From Candidatus Latescibacterota bacterium (GTDB taxonomy: Bacteria; Latescibacterota; UBA2968; UBA8231), in NCBI GenBank assembly GCA_965217585.1, contig OZ244561.1, positions 480,001 to 544,000 on the forward strand: 64,000 bases of DNA. The letters are read 5' to 3'. Below the pieces are notes generated by a model, which saw only the letters and a list, made by a program, of their open reading frames with translations, was not told the origin of the DNA and ran no database searches. This document shows, piece by piece, positions 19,387-28,881 of this stretch. The translations under genes were made by a program, and so were the position numbers. Within the stretch, counting starts at the first letter, position 1; every line of letters starts with the position of its first letter.

Positions 19387-22137
19387 CTACTCAAGACCGG
19401 CGAACACAGTGACGAATATGGCCGTTTCGGTGCGCACCTTTTGGGCCGAGGCGCGATCGATCCGCGACACGCGAAACCCAGTTTGGGTCCACAGGTTGTA
19501 GCCTAGGTACTCGGCGTTGTTGGTAAACTGCAAGGCATAGACCAACTCGGTGCGATCCGAGCGCAGCAAATGAGTTTCCAACTCCTCGCGGAACTGCTCG
19601 ACGAGCAGGTACTCTAGGCCGGTCTGCAATTCGGTGCGCGACAGAATCGGCACCTTCAGGACTAGCGACCACAGTTCGCGCAACTCGGTGGTCGCCACCC
19701 GCACCTGCGTATTCTGGCGGCGCGAGGGCCGCTGGCGTTGAAACTCGCTCTTCCAGCGCGGCTGAAATTTGAGGACCCCGAGGTTAAGCGTGTAATCGAT
19801 CTTGTTGAGGACGCCGAAGAAGGACGCCGTCTCGCGGATGTCCTGCTCCTCAATCGGCCGTGTGTCGAAATTGGATTGTTTGAAAACCTCCCACTTAAAG
19901 CGGTTCTTGAAGTGGATGTGGTCGCTCTGGTACTGATAGCCGAGATACAAGGTATTGGCCCAACCATCGCGCAGGGGCAGGGGATCAGTATAGGGCACTA
20001 GGTCGCCGCTCAATCCCTCCCGCACAACCCACTCTATCACGTTGTCGCGGATATCGTCTCGGACCTGCCGGTAGTTGTTGTACACCTGCACGAGCCCCTT
20101 ACTGGCGTAGTCCTTGTCAAAGGTCAGCAAGGCGTAATTGGTGGCGTTCTCGCGGGCGTCGGCTAGCTGGCGCTCGTCGAGGCGGCCGACGGTCAGCCGC
20201 GCCTCTGGCCCCAAATGGGAACCCACGTAAACGTTGTACCCGCGCCGATCCCGTTTGTACAGGTAGTCGGGCAGGTTGTCGTTTTCAAAGCGGTCGATAA
20301 TGCCGTTGTTGTTCATATCGACACCAAAGAGGAACTCGGGGCGATCAGATGCATAGCGCAGAAAAGGCTCCTCGTAATCCGGCACCGTATTCACGCGCCG
20401 ATCGGTGTCGTTTTGGTTGAAGTCGTTGATGAAGTCGTTGTTTTCGTCGAACCCTGGGAAGACCTCCCTATCCTGCGAGAAATTGGCCCGTTGCCAGTCG
20501 GGATTGCGGTCTTGGTCGTCGTTGTCATCGACGAATTCGTACACGAAGTGAAGGTCGTTGTCGTAGTTGATGTCCGCCGCATCGTTTTGGACTCCGGCCA
20601 GAAAGGAAGAGGTACTGTAGGCGGGATCAACGTTATAGACTTCGCCGAAGCCGTAGTATGGATAAGCGCGTTTATACGCATTGACGAACCAAGCGTCGGC
20701 CAAAGTGCTGTGCGCCTTGTGCTGAGTCACGTCGGTTTCCGACCGCCGCGGATAACGAAAGTGCTGGCGGTTGCGGTCGTATTCTCCCGAGAAGTAAAAC
20801 CCGCTGACATCCGTAATATCGAGCGTAAAGCCAAATATCTCATTGGCCACCGGCAACCCGTATTTGACGCGCACAAAGCCCTGATTCGATCCATCCTGCA
20901 CGTTGCCGTCGGCACGCACCGTGCGTTCGGGAATGCCCTCGGAGAGCAAGACCGGCTGGCCGTTGGCGTTGAGCTGGCGGTTAGAGGTAACGTCGATCCG
21001 GTAGTCGTTGGCCAAGAGCAATAGGAATTCAATGCTCTTGATCTGCTCGGGCTGAGGGCCGAAAGAGTTGCGGTACTGAGGTCCTTCTAGATCGTACACC
21101 AGCACGATGACCTCGTTGCCATCGGCCGCGAGAAACCCTTCGCGGCGGAAGCCGCCCTGCACAGCCGGGCTAAAGTCGAGGATGTTGTTGTTGCCAATGC
21201 GGCGGCGATTGCTGATGCGCTCGCCGTCAATGGTCGTGATGATCATCTCCTCCTGAAAAAAGGCCGCACCCGCCTTACCATCCTCGGGCGAATCGTCACT
21301 CAAGCGCACTTCGATACGCGAAACGTCGGCGTTGTTCTGGCCCTCGGTGAGTGTGCCCTTGAAAGGATTGCCCTGAAATGCCTGCCCCTTAGTCGAGGAA
21401 TTGAACGCATTGATGTAGGTCGCTCCCAACTTGACAAAGTCGCCAACCTGCATGGTGCCGCGGCCGCCGATCAAGTTGGTGTCGTTCGAGCGGAAACGAC
21501 CGGTACTGGTCTCCTGCGCCGATCCGCCCGCCCCAGGCGCACTGGGACGCGAGGTAAGAAAGGTCAACTCGTATTTGTCCGTGGCCAAGTCGAACTGAAT
21601 ACCGGCAAAGGTCGGCTTGGAAAAGGTCATCGGCGTCAGCGTCGTGCGGATGCGGTCGCCAATGGTCAGGGCATAGGCGTATTGGCCCTTCTGGTCTGAG
21701 GAGACGACCAAATTTGAAAACCAGCCTTGGAAGTTGGGCCCCTTATACAGGTTGCTGCCCGATGTCTGCGGAGCGGCAATGCTCCAGTCGTAAAGGAGTG
21801 AACCGCGGGTGATGTAATTCCCGTAGAGATCGTAGAAATACTCGCCTTCTTGGCTGGTATTCACATAACGCGAATAATGCCGACGGGCGTAATTGCTATA
21901 GTCCTGTTGCCGCCATTGGTACTCATTGAAGAGTTCTTGGGGTATATACCACTTCTTTACCGCCGGATCTAGGGCGTCGAAGAGCACCCCTGACCCAGTG
22001 GGTTCGTAGAATACTTCCCCGCCGCGGCGCACGCCCAAGCGCGAGCCGAAATCCTCCTGTGCGGGGAGGTTTTCCACCATCGCTCCCAACATCAGGATCG
22101 CCACCGCACCAGTGCGGAAACCCCTAACTATGTTCAC
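19387..22137 (-). CDS. Uncharacterised ~916 aa putative outer-membrane beta-barrel protein with acidic Ca-binding-like loops
   Basis: GGGAGGG RBS before GTG 22137; signal peptide; alternating amphipathic aromatic strands in the C-terminal half ending TAIFVTVFAGLE; DDNDDQD, DENND and DMNNNG loops. Confidence 0.7.
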   Translation of the reverse strand: MNIVRGFRTGAVAILMLGAMVENLPAQEDFGSRLGVRRGGEVFYEPTGSGVLFDALDPAVKKWYIPQELFNEYQWRQQDYSNYARRHYSRYVNTSQEGEYFYDLYGNYITRGSLLYDWSIAAPQTSGSNLYKGPNFQGWFSNLVVSSDQKGQYAYALTIGDRIRTTLTPMTFSKPTFAGIQFDLATDKYELTFLTSRPSAPGAGGSAQETSTGRFRSNDTNLIGGRGTMQVGDFVKLGATYINAFNSSTKGQAFQGNPFKGTLTEGQNNADVSRIEVRLSDDSPEDGKAGAAFFQEEMIITTIDGERISNRRRIGNNNILDFSPAVQGGFRREGFLAADGNEVIVLVYDLEGPQYRNSFGPQPEQIKSIEFLLLLANDYRIDVTSNRQLNANGQPVLLSEGIPERTVRADGNVQDGSNQGFVRVKYGLPVANEIFGFTLDITDVSGFYFSGEYDRNRQHFRYPRRSETDVTQHKAHSTLADAWFVNAYKRAYPYYGFGEVYNVDPAYSTSSFLAGVQNDAADINYDNDLHFVYEFVDDNDDQDRNPDWQRANFSQDREVFPGFDENNDFINDFNQNDTDRRVNTVPDYEEPFLRYASDRPEFLFGVDMNNNGIIDRFENDNLPDYLYKRDRRGYNVYVGSHLGPEARLTVGRLDERQLADARENATNYALLTFDKDYASKGLVQVYNNYRQVRDDIRDNVIEWVVREGLSGDLVPYTDPLPLRDGWANTLYLGYQYQSDHIHFKNRFKWEVFKQSNFDTRPIEEQDIRETASFFGVLNKIDYTLNLGVLKFQPRWKSEFQRQRPSRRQNTQVRVATTELRELWSLVLKVPILSRTELQTGLEYLLVEQFREELETHLLRSDRTELVYALQFTNNAEYLGYNLWTQTGFRVSRIDRASAQKVRTETAIFVTVFAGLE

Positions 22138-22184
22138 AGATACCCTCCCTTGTTGTCGAATTCCGGTCTGAACTACTACCTTTA

Positions 22185-25100
22185 TCAATAGGCCACGTGA
22201 ACGAGGCGCGTCAATTTGCTATCTTGATCGTCGGCCTCCAACCTGATCTGACAGAGATAGATCCCCGGCGGCACAATCTGCCCACCCAGATCCCGTCCAT
22301 CCCACACAAACGCCTGCGTCCCTACCTTGCCACCTGTCGCCGAACTCTGCCCTTGGCCTACCAAGCGTCCACCCAAATCGTACAATGCGACTTCCAACGG
22401 ACGCTCCTCCTGTACCTTCAACAAGACAAAATGCACCAAAAGCTGGTCGTTGACCCCATCGCCATTGGGCGTGAAGACCGGTGCCAGCACTACGTCTTGG
22501 ATCAAAGACCCCGGCAGAGCCATTAGGCTGACCTGCGCCGTCGAAGAATCCACCAACTCGGTCGCATCCTTGTCGGCGGTGTCCACCCGTTGAAATACGC
22601 CCTCATCCGAGTCCGAAGACCGCACGAACGAAGCGAATTCAATGCCCTCGCGGAAGCTCTGCGATTCAAACTGCACCTCAATGAGGGCGTGCTGGCCAGC
22701 CGGTAGGTCGGCATTGAGCGAAAAGGGGAAACGCACCCAGATCGAATCCGCGCCGGTCGCCATCCGCTCCAACACCGCGCCGTCTGCGTCGCGCAGGACT
22801 CCGTCGTCGCCGAGGGTAAAGGCGCGGTCAAACTGCGTAGTCGTCGCCGAGGTCAGCACTTCCTCCGGATTGAGGAGCGAGGGTGTCTGGGTGATGGCGA
22901 CCTGCCCCAAGCGCACCCCGGTCAAGCGCGCCGCACGCGGCGCGACGACCAACACCTCGTTAAAACCGTCGAGCACCGTCGCATCGGTCGGGTCGGGCGC
23001 GGCAGCGCGGATGAAATAAGCAAATTGCTGCGGCGCGAGCGGATCGACATTGCGCGGCGGGGTGTAGTCCGAGGTCTGCACATCCAAGTCGGTCGGAACG
23101 CGCGCGGCTCCCTCGTCGCTTAACAGCGCCAACTCGCCAGCTAGCTCCAGCGACAGCGGTGGTGCCAACTCAATGCGCAACTCGCGAATACGCGCCGTCT
23201 TGAAGGGATCCTCAGAGGAGATATTGACCCGCACTTGGACGAACTTGCGCGGATTGGGCGAGGTGATGGTCGCCACGTTGACGCCATTGGTGGGCAAATA
23301 GCTCTCGCTCCACTCGCTCCAGCCGACAAACGCCAGTTCGCCGTCCTTGGCAAAGCTCGACCGCGGTGCCCGGCGTAGCTTCCTGCCGTCCTCGTCCACC
23401 AGACCATCGCCGTCATTGTCAATCAGGTCAATCGGATCCTCGTCGGTGACCCCGTCGCCATCGTCGTCGGTGCGCGAGGCGTGTTTCTGGCTGGCGGGCA
23501 GGGTCTGCCAGATCTCCCAGGCCGTCCACTGCAAGGCGATCTCGTCGTAGCTCTCTTTCGTCACTTCCTCGCGCTCTTCGTTGCCGGCGATGGTCACGAC
23601 TTGATAGTACGTAAAGTTGGTGTCGGTCTGATCGGAGGTGCGAGTCTGTATCTGCAAGCGGACATCGGGGTGTAGATGAAGCGGCTCAATTCGCTCGCTC
23701 GCTTGGCCGGTGAGCGGATCGGTCTCGCGGACGATGACATCGCCTTCCCAAGCAATGCGCGGCAGGGTTTTGCGAATGAAGTTGCCGCGCGAATCGGTCA
23801 GCGTGATCGGTGGTGAGTAGGCCCACACGCTGACCGGATACCCCTCGCCGTAGAGCTGTATCTCGCCCAAGGTCGCCAGCGCCCCATATCGGCCTGACGC
23901 ATTCCCGGTGACGTCGATGTCGCGAATCTGCATAAAGCGGATCTTGCGCCAGGGAAAAGTCTCGCGGAAAATGCGCACGACTGGTGGCGTGCGGTTATCG
24001 ATGTGCTCCTCGCTAATGATGTTGTCCCACTTGAGCGCTTCTTCGAGCTGAGGAAAGTCCTCGCGGTCGTCCATGCTCACGGGTTTGAGCAGCGTGCCGT
24101 CGGAAACCAAGATATCCGGCCCCATGAAAGCGCCTTTGTTACTCTGGTTGATGCGCTTGTTGACTACTGAGACATTATCGACCCAAAACACAGCACCTAA
24201 GTCGTACCAAGCCGTGCCCTTGAGGTACACCGGCGACCACGTATTGGCCAGCCACTCCGAGTCGTACAGCCCGTCGGTGGCCAAATTGGGCGCGCCCAAG
24301 CCGCCGTTTTCAAACGAAGCCCCGCCGCGCCTTTCGGGTTGCAGCGCGTAGTTGTCGCCCTTAGCCCAGACCTGAACCTCGGCAATCCGGGGGACCTCCT
24401 TGCTATAATAGAGGATCGGACCGCGCTTCTCCTCGGGCAGGGCTTGATACTTTTCTTCAGCCGTCAGGTTATCGTCGCTTTGGAGCTCGACGAGTAGGCC
24501 ACCAGCAGTTTGGCGCTGATAGACGATCGCACCGCGCTGCTCTTGGGGCAATGCTTCATAGGCGAGGCGCGCCTCTTCGCCCGTGCCCAAGAAGGCGTCG
24601 CGCCAGAGGTCTGAATCCGTAATTTTAATGCGGACGTAATGGATAAAGGCTCCGCTGATATCGGGCAGATCGTCACCGTCCCAGTCAGCCGTATCTAGCG
24701 GCGAGAGGGGGAAGTTCATCTGCACATAGCGCCCCTCAGTCCCGGGCATCGGAACCAGCGTCACTTCACCGGTCTCACCTCCTCCCCCACCTTGGGCTAA
24801 CTTGCCGGCGACGAAGCCGGTAGAGACTTGCCCTATGATGGAAAACTGGAGCTTGTTACCCAAGGGAAAGGGAAAGCGCTCGCCCATCGAGGCGAAAAGC
24901 GCGAAGGACTTGATCGGCTCGCCGAGGAACTCGTCCTCGAACTGACCAGCCGGAAAAATGATCGTCAGGCTATCGGCAAAGACCAGCCGCCCCAAATCGA
25001 TTTCAATCTCCCAGTTGCGCAGGCCGTCGAGATGGAAATCCCCAGGGCGGGTCAGACGGCTTGCATAACTGACTGGTGTGTCCGGCTCCCAGAAGGTGTT

Positions 25101-25475
25101 CAAGTCGCCATCGATGATATTATTGGCCAAGGCATCGTTGGATTTGGCCATCGCCCCCCCAGAGACTAGATCGCCGTTAGCGCGGACTAAATCAGGATAG
25201 GTGAAATCGAGAGCCGTCGGGGCCACGTTGATATTGCGGCGGAAGAACGTCGGCCGCAGCCCATCTGCCTCAACTCGGAAGATGTCCGCATCGCGGATTA
25301 GCAAGTTCAGATTCGCAACCAGATCGTTCTGATAGATCCAGTTTCCCCAGTGCGAAGCCCGATCCACGCGGATCGAATTGTCGAAAAGCCTATAGGCATT
25401 CGTTTGGGCCACACAGAAACTAGGCAGAGATAGTACGGCGAGGAGAACCGTCTGCCGCTTTAGCAGCCGTTTCAT
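22185..25475 (-). CDS. Secreted 1096 aa protein with discoidin-like motifs and a FlgD-Ig/type-B-like CTD
   Basis: Signal peptide; IDGDLNTFW, EIDLG, IAEVQV; CTD PVFTPNGDGVND...WDGRD...PPGIY...HVAY. Confidence 0.88.
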   Translation of the reverse strand: MKRLLKRQTVLLAVLSLPSFCVAQTNAYRLFDNSIRVDRASHWGNWIYQNDLVANLNLLIRDADIFRVEADGLRPTFFRRNINVAPTALDFTYPDLVRANGDLVSGGAMAKSNDALANNIIDGDLNTFWEPDTPVSYASRLTRPGDFHLDGLRNWEIEIDLGRLVFADSLTIIFPAGQFEDEFLGEPIKSFALFASMGERFPFPLGNKLQFSIIGQVSTGFVAGKLAQGGGGGETGEVTLVPMPGTEGRYVQMNFPLSPLDTADWDGDDLPDISGAFIHYVRIKITDSDLWRDAFLGTGEEARLAYEALPQEQRGAIVYQRQTAGGLLVELQSDDNLTAEEKYQALPEEKRGPILYYSKEVPRIAEVQVWAKGDNYALQPERRGGASFENGGLGAPNLATDGLYDSEWLANTWSPVYLKGTAWYDLGAVFWVDNVSVVNKRINQSNKGAFMGPDILVSDGTLLKPVSMDDREDFPQLEEALKWDNIISEEHIDNRTPPVVRIFRETFPWRKIRFMQIRDIDVTGNASGRYGALATLGEIQLYGEGYPVSVWAYSPPITLTDSRGNFIRKTLPRIAWEGDVIVRETDPLTGQASERIEPLHLHPDVRLQIQTRTSDQTDTNFTYYQVVTIAGNEEREEVTKESYDEIALQWTAWEIWQTLPASQKHASRTDDDGDGVTDEDPIDLIDNDGDGLVDEDGRKLRRAPRSSFAKDGELAFVGWSEWSESYLPTNGVNVATITSPNPRKFVQVRVNISSEDPFKTARIRELRIELAPPLSLELAGELALLSDEGAARVPTDLDVQTSDYTPPRNVDPLAPQQFAYFIRAAAPDPTDATVLDGFNEVLVVAPRAARLTGVRLGQVAITQTPSLLNPEEVLTSATTTQFDRAFTLGDDGVLRDADGAVLERMATGADSIWVRFPFSLNADLPAGQHALIEVQFESQSFREGIEFASFVRSSDSDEGVFQRVDTADKDATELVDSSTAQVSLMALPGSLIQDVVLAPVFTPNGDGVNDQLLVHFVLLKVQEERPLEVALYDLGGRLVGQGQSSATGGKVGTQAFVWDGRDLGGQIVPPGIYLCQIRLEADDQDSKLTRLVHVAY

Positions 25476-25510
25476 AGCATTTCCTTTCTTTTCGCGCTTT
25501 CCAGCTAAGG

Positions 25511-25549
25511 CTAATACACTACGGAAACGATGCGCGTCTGGGGTTCGCC
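25511..25549 (-). pseudogene. 13-codon remnant of the 3' end of gene 28882..31365, marking a duplication junction
   Basis: Encodes GEPQTRIVSVVY* versus GEPQTRIVSVAY* at 28882-28920. Confidence 0.9.
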
Positions 25550-25589
25550 TTCATTTGTTATCGAATTCCGGTCTGAACTGCTGCCTTTA

Positions 25590-28500
25590 TTAATAGGCCA
25601 CGTGAACGAGGCGTGTCAACTCGCTGTCTCGGTTGTCGGTCTCCACCTTGATCTGACAGAGATAGATCCCCGGTGGCACGACCTGCCCACCCATATCCCG
25701 TCCATCCCACACAAACGACTGCGTCCCTACCTTGCCACCAACCGCCGAACTCTGCCCTTGCCCTACCAAGCGTCCACCCAAATCGTACAATGAAACTTCT
25801 AACGGACGCTCCTCCTGTACCTTCAACAAGACAAAGTGTACCAAAAGCTCATCGTTGATCCCGTCGCCATTGGGCGTGAAGACCGGTGCCAGCACTACGT
25901 CTTGAATTAAAGATCCCCGCAAGTCCTTTAGGCTGACCTGCGCCGTCGAAGAATCCACCAACTCGGTCGCATCCTTATCGGCGATGTCCACCCGTTGGAA
26001 TACGCCCTCATCCGAGTCCGAAGACCGCACGAACGAGGCGAATTCAATGCCCTCGCGGAAGCTCTGCGATTCAAACTGCACCTCGATGAGGGCGTGCTGG
26101 CCAGCCGGCAGATCGGCATTGAGCGAAAAGGGGAATCGCACCCAGATCGAATCCGCGCCGGTCGCCATCCGCTCCAACACTGCGCCGTCTGCATCGCGGA
26201 AGACTCCGTCGTCGCCTGGAGCAAAGGAACGGTCAAACTGCGTAGTCGTCGCTGAGGTCGACACATCCTCCGGGTTAAGGAGCGAGGGCGTCCGAGCAAT
26301 AGCGACTTTCCCCAAGCGCACGCCGGTCAAGCGCGCCGTACGCGGCGCGACGACCAACACCTCGTTAAAGCCATCGCGCACCCTCGCATCGGTCGGGTCG
26401 GGCGCGGCGGAGCGGATGAAATAAGCGAATTGCTGCGACGCGAGCGGATCGATATTGCGCGGCGGAGCGTAGTCCGAGGTCTGCACACCCAAGTCGGTCG
26501 GAACGCGTGCGGCTCCCTCGTCGCTGAGGAGCGCCAACTCGCCAGCTAGTTCCAGCGACAGCGGCGGTGCCAACTCAATGCGCAACTCGCGGATCCGTGC
26601 GGTCTTGAAGGGATCCTCGGAGGAGATATTGACCCGCACCTGAACGAACTTGCGCGGATTGGGCGAGGTGATGGTCGCCACGTTGACGCCATTGGTTGGC
26701 AAATAGCTCTCGCTCCACTCGCTCCAGCCGACAAACGCTAGTTCCCCGTCCTTGGCAAAGCTCGACCGCGGTGCCCGGCGCAGCTTCCTACCATCCTCGT
26801 CCACCAGACCATCGCCATCGTTGTCAATCAGGTCAATCCGATCCTCGTCGGTGACCCCGTCGCCGTCGTCGTCCGTGCGCGAGGCGTGTTGCTGGCTAGC
26901 GGGCAGGGTCTGCCAGATCTCCCAAGCCGTCCACTCCAAGGCGATCTCGTCGTAGACTTCTTTCGGCACTTCCTCGCGCTCTTCGTTGCCGACGATGGTC
27001 ACGCCTTGATAGTACGTAAAGTTGGTGTCGGTCTGATCGGAGGTGCGGGTCTGTATCTGCAAGCGGACATCGGGGTGAATATCCAGCGGCTCAATCCGCT
27101 CGCTAGTTTGGCCGGTGAGCGGATCGGTCTCGCGGACGATGACATCGCCTTCCCAGGCGATGCGCGGCAGGGTTTTGCGAATGAAGTTACCGCGCGAATC
27201 GGTCAGCGTGATCGGCGGCGAGTACGCCCACACGCTGACCGGATAGCCTTCGCCATAGAGCTGGACCTCGCCCAAGGTCGCCAGATGGCCGTACTGACCC
27301 GAAACTTCCCCGGTGACGTCGATGTCGCGGATTTGCAGAAAGCGGATCTTGCGGTAGGGGAAATTCTCTTGGAAAATGCGCACCACCGGCGTGTGGTTAT
27401 CGACGTGTTCCTCACTAATGATGTTGTCCCACTTGAGTGCTTCTTCGAGCCGGGGGAAGTCTTCGCGGTCGTTCATGCTCACGGGTTTGAGCAGTGTGCC
27501 GTCGGAAACCAAGATGTCCGGTCCCAAGAAGGCCCCATAGTGGCTCTGGTTGATGCGCTTGTTGACTACTGAGACATTATCGACCCAGAACACAGCACCT
27601 AAGTCGTACCAAGCCGTGCCCTTGGGGTACACCGGCGACCACGTATTGGCCACCCACTCCGAGTCGTATAGCCCGTCGGTGGCCAAATTGGGCGCACCCA
27701 AGCCGCCGTTTTCAAACGAAGCACCACCCCGCCCTTCGGGTTGCAGCGCGTAGTTGTCGCCCTTAGCCCAGACCTGAACCTCGGCAATCCGGGGAACCTC
27801 TTTGCTATAGTAGAGAAGTGGGCCGCGCTTTCCCTCGGGTAAAGTTTGGTATTTTTCGTCGGCGGTCTGATTGGTATCGTCCTGGAGTTCGACGAGCAAA
27901 CCGCCGGCAGCCTGGCGCTGATAGACGAGCGCACCACGCTGCTCCTCGGGCAATGCTTCATAGGCGAGTCGCGCCTCTTCGCCAGCACCTAGGAAGGAAT
28001 CACGCCAGAGATCCGAATCCGTAATCTTGATGCGGACGTAATGGATGAAGGCCCCGCTGATGTCGGGCCGACCATCCAAGTCCCAATCGGCCCGATCCAG
28101 CGGCCAGAGCGGGAAGGTCATCTGCACATAGCGCCCTCCGGTCCCAGGGACCGAAACCAGCGTCACTGCACCGGACTCACCCCCCACACCGCCACTGGTC
28201 GAGACTTCCTCTATGAGTGAAAACTGGAGCTTGTTACCCAAGGGAAAGGGGAAGCGCTCGCCCATCGAGGCAAAAAGCGCGAACGACTTGACCGGCTCGC
28301 CGAGGAACTCGTCTTCGAACTGGCCAGCCGGAAAGATGATCGTCAGGCTATCGGCAAAGACCAGTCGCCCCAGATCGATTTCGATTTCCCAGTTGCGCAG
28401 GCCGTCGAGATGGAAATCTCCGGGGCGAGTCAAACGGCTCGCAAAATCGGCCGGCGTGTCCGGCTCCCAGAAGGTGCTCAAATCGCCATCTATAACATTG

Positions 28501-28853
28501 TTGGCCAAGGCATCATTGGATTTGGCCGTCGCGCCCCCGGAGACTGGACCACCGCCAGCGCGGATCAAATCAGAATAGGTAAAATCGACAGCCGTCGGGG
28601 CTACGTTGATATTGCGGCGAAAAAACGCCGGCCGTAGACTACCGGCCTCTACTTGAAAAATGTCCGCATCGCGGATTGGCACGTTCAACTGAGAGACCAA
28701 GTCGTTCTGATAGATCCAGTTTTCCCAGTGCGAAGCCCGATCCACGCGGATCGAATTGCCGAAAAGCCTATAGGCATCCGTTTGGCTCAGACAGAACCCA
28801 GGCATAAATAGTACGGCTAAGAGAGCCACCTTCCACTTTAGCAACCGTTTCAT
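25590..28853 (-). CDS. Secreted 1087 aa tandem paralog of 22185..25475
   Basis: Collinear with high identity over the full length; same CTD ending HVAY. Confidence 0.88.
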   Translation of the reverse strand: MKRLLKWKVALLAVLFMPGFCLSQTDAYRLFGNSIRVDRASHWENWIYQNDLVSQLNVPIRDADIFQVEAGSLRPAFFRRNINVAPTAVDFTYSDLIRAGGGPVSGGATAKSNDALANNVIDGDLSTFWEPDTPADFASRLTRPGDFHLDGLRNWEIEIDLGRLVFADSLTIIFPAGQFEDEFLGEPVKSFALFASMGERFPFPLGNKLQFSLIEEVSTSGGVGGESGAVTLVSVPGTGGRYVQMTFPLWPLDRADWDLDGRPDISGAFIHYVRIKITDSDLWRDSFLGAGEEARLAYEALPEEQRGALVYQRQAAGGLLVELQDDTNQTADEKYQTLPEGKRGPLLYYSKEVPRIAEVQVWAKGDNYALQPEGRGGASFENGGLGAPNLATDGLYDSEWVANTWSPVYPKGTAWYDLGAVFWVDNVSVVNKRINQSHYGAFLGPDILVSDGTLLKPVSMNDREDFPRLEEALKWDNIISEEHVDNHTPVVRIFQENFPYRKIRFLQIRDIDVTGEVSGQYGHLATLGEVQLYGEGYPVSVWAYSPPITLTDSRGNFIRKTLPRIAWEGDVIVRETDPLTGQTSERIEPLDIHPDVRLQIQTRTSDQTDTNFTYYQGVTIVGNEEREEVPKEVYDEIALEWTAWEIWQTLPASQQHASRTDDDGDGVTDEDRIDLIDNDGDGLVDEDGRKLRRAPRSSFAKDGELAFVGWSEWSESYLPTNGVNVATITSPNPRKFVQVRVNISSEDPFKTARIRELRIELAPPLSLELAGELALLSDEGAARVPTDLGVQTSDYAPPRNIDPLASQQFAYFIRSAAPDPTDARVRDGFNEVLVVAPRTARLTGVRLGKVAIARTPSLLNPEDVSTSATTTQFDRSFAPGDDGVFRDADGAVLERMATGADSIWVRFPFSLNADLPAGQHALIEVQFESQSFREGIEFASFVRSSDSDEGVFQRVDIADKDATELVDSSTAQVSLKDLRGSLIQDVVLAPVFTPNGDGINDELLVHFVLLKVQEERPLEVSLYDLGGRLVGQGQSSAVGGKVGTQSFVWDGRDMGGQVVPPGIYLCQIKVETDNRDSELTRLVHVAY

Positions 28854-28881
28854 AGCAGTTTTTTGCGCTTTTCAGCTAAGG

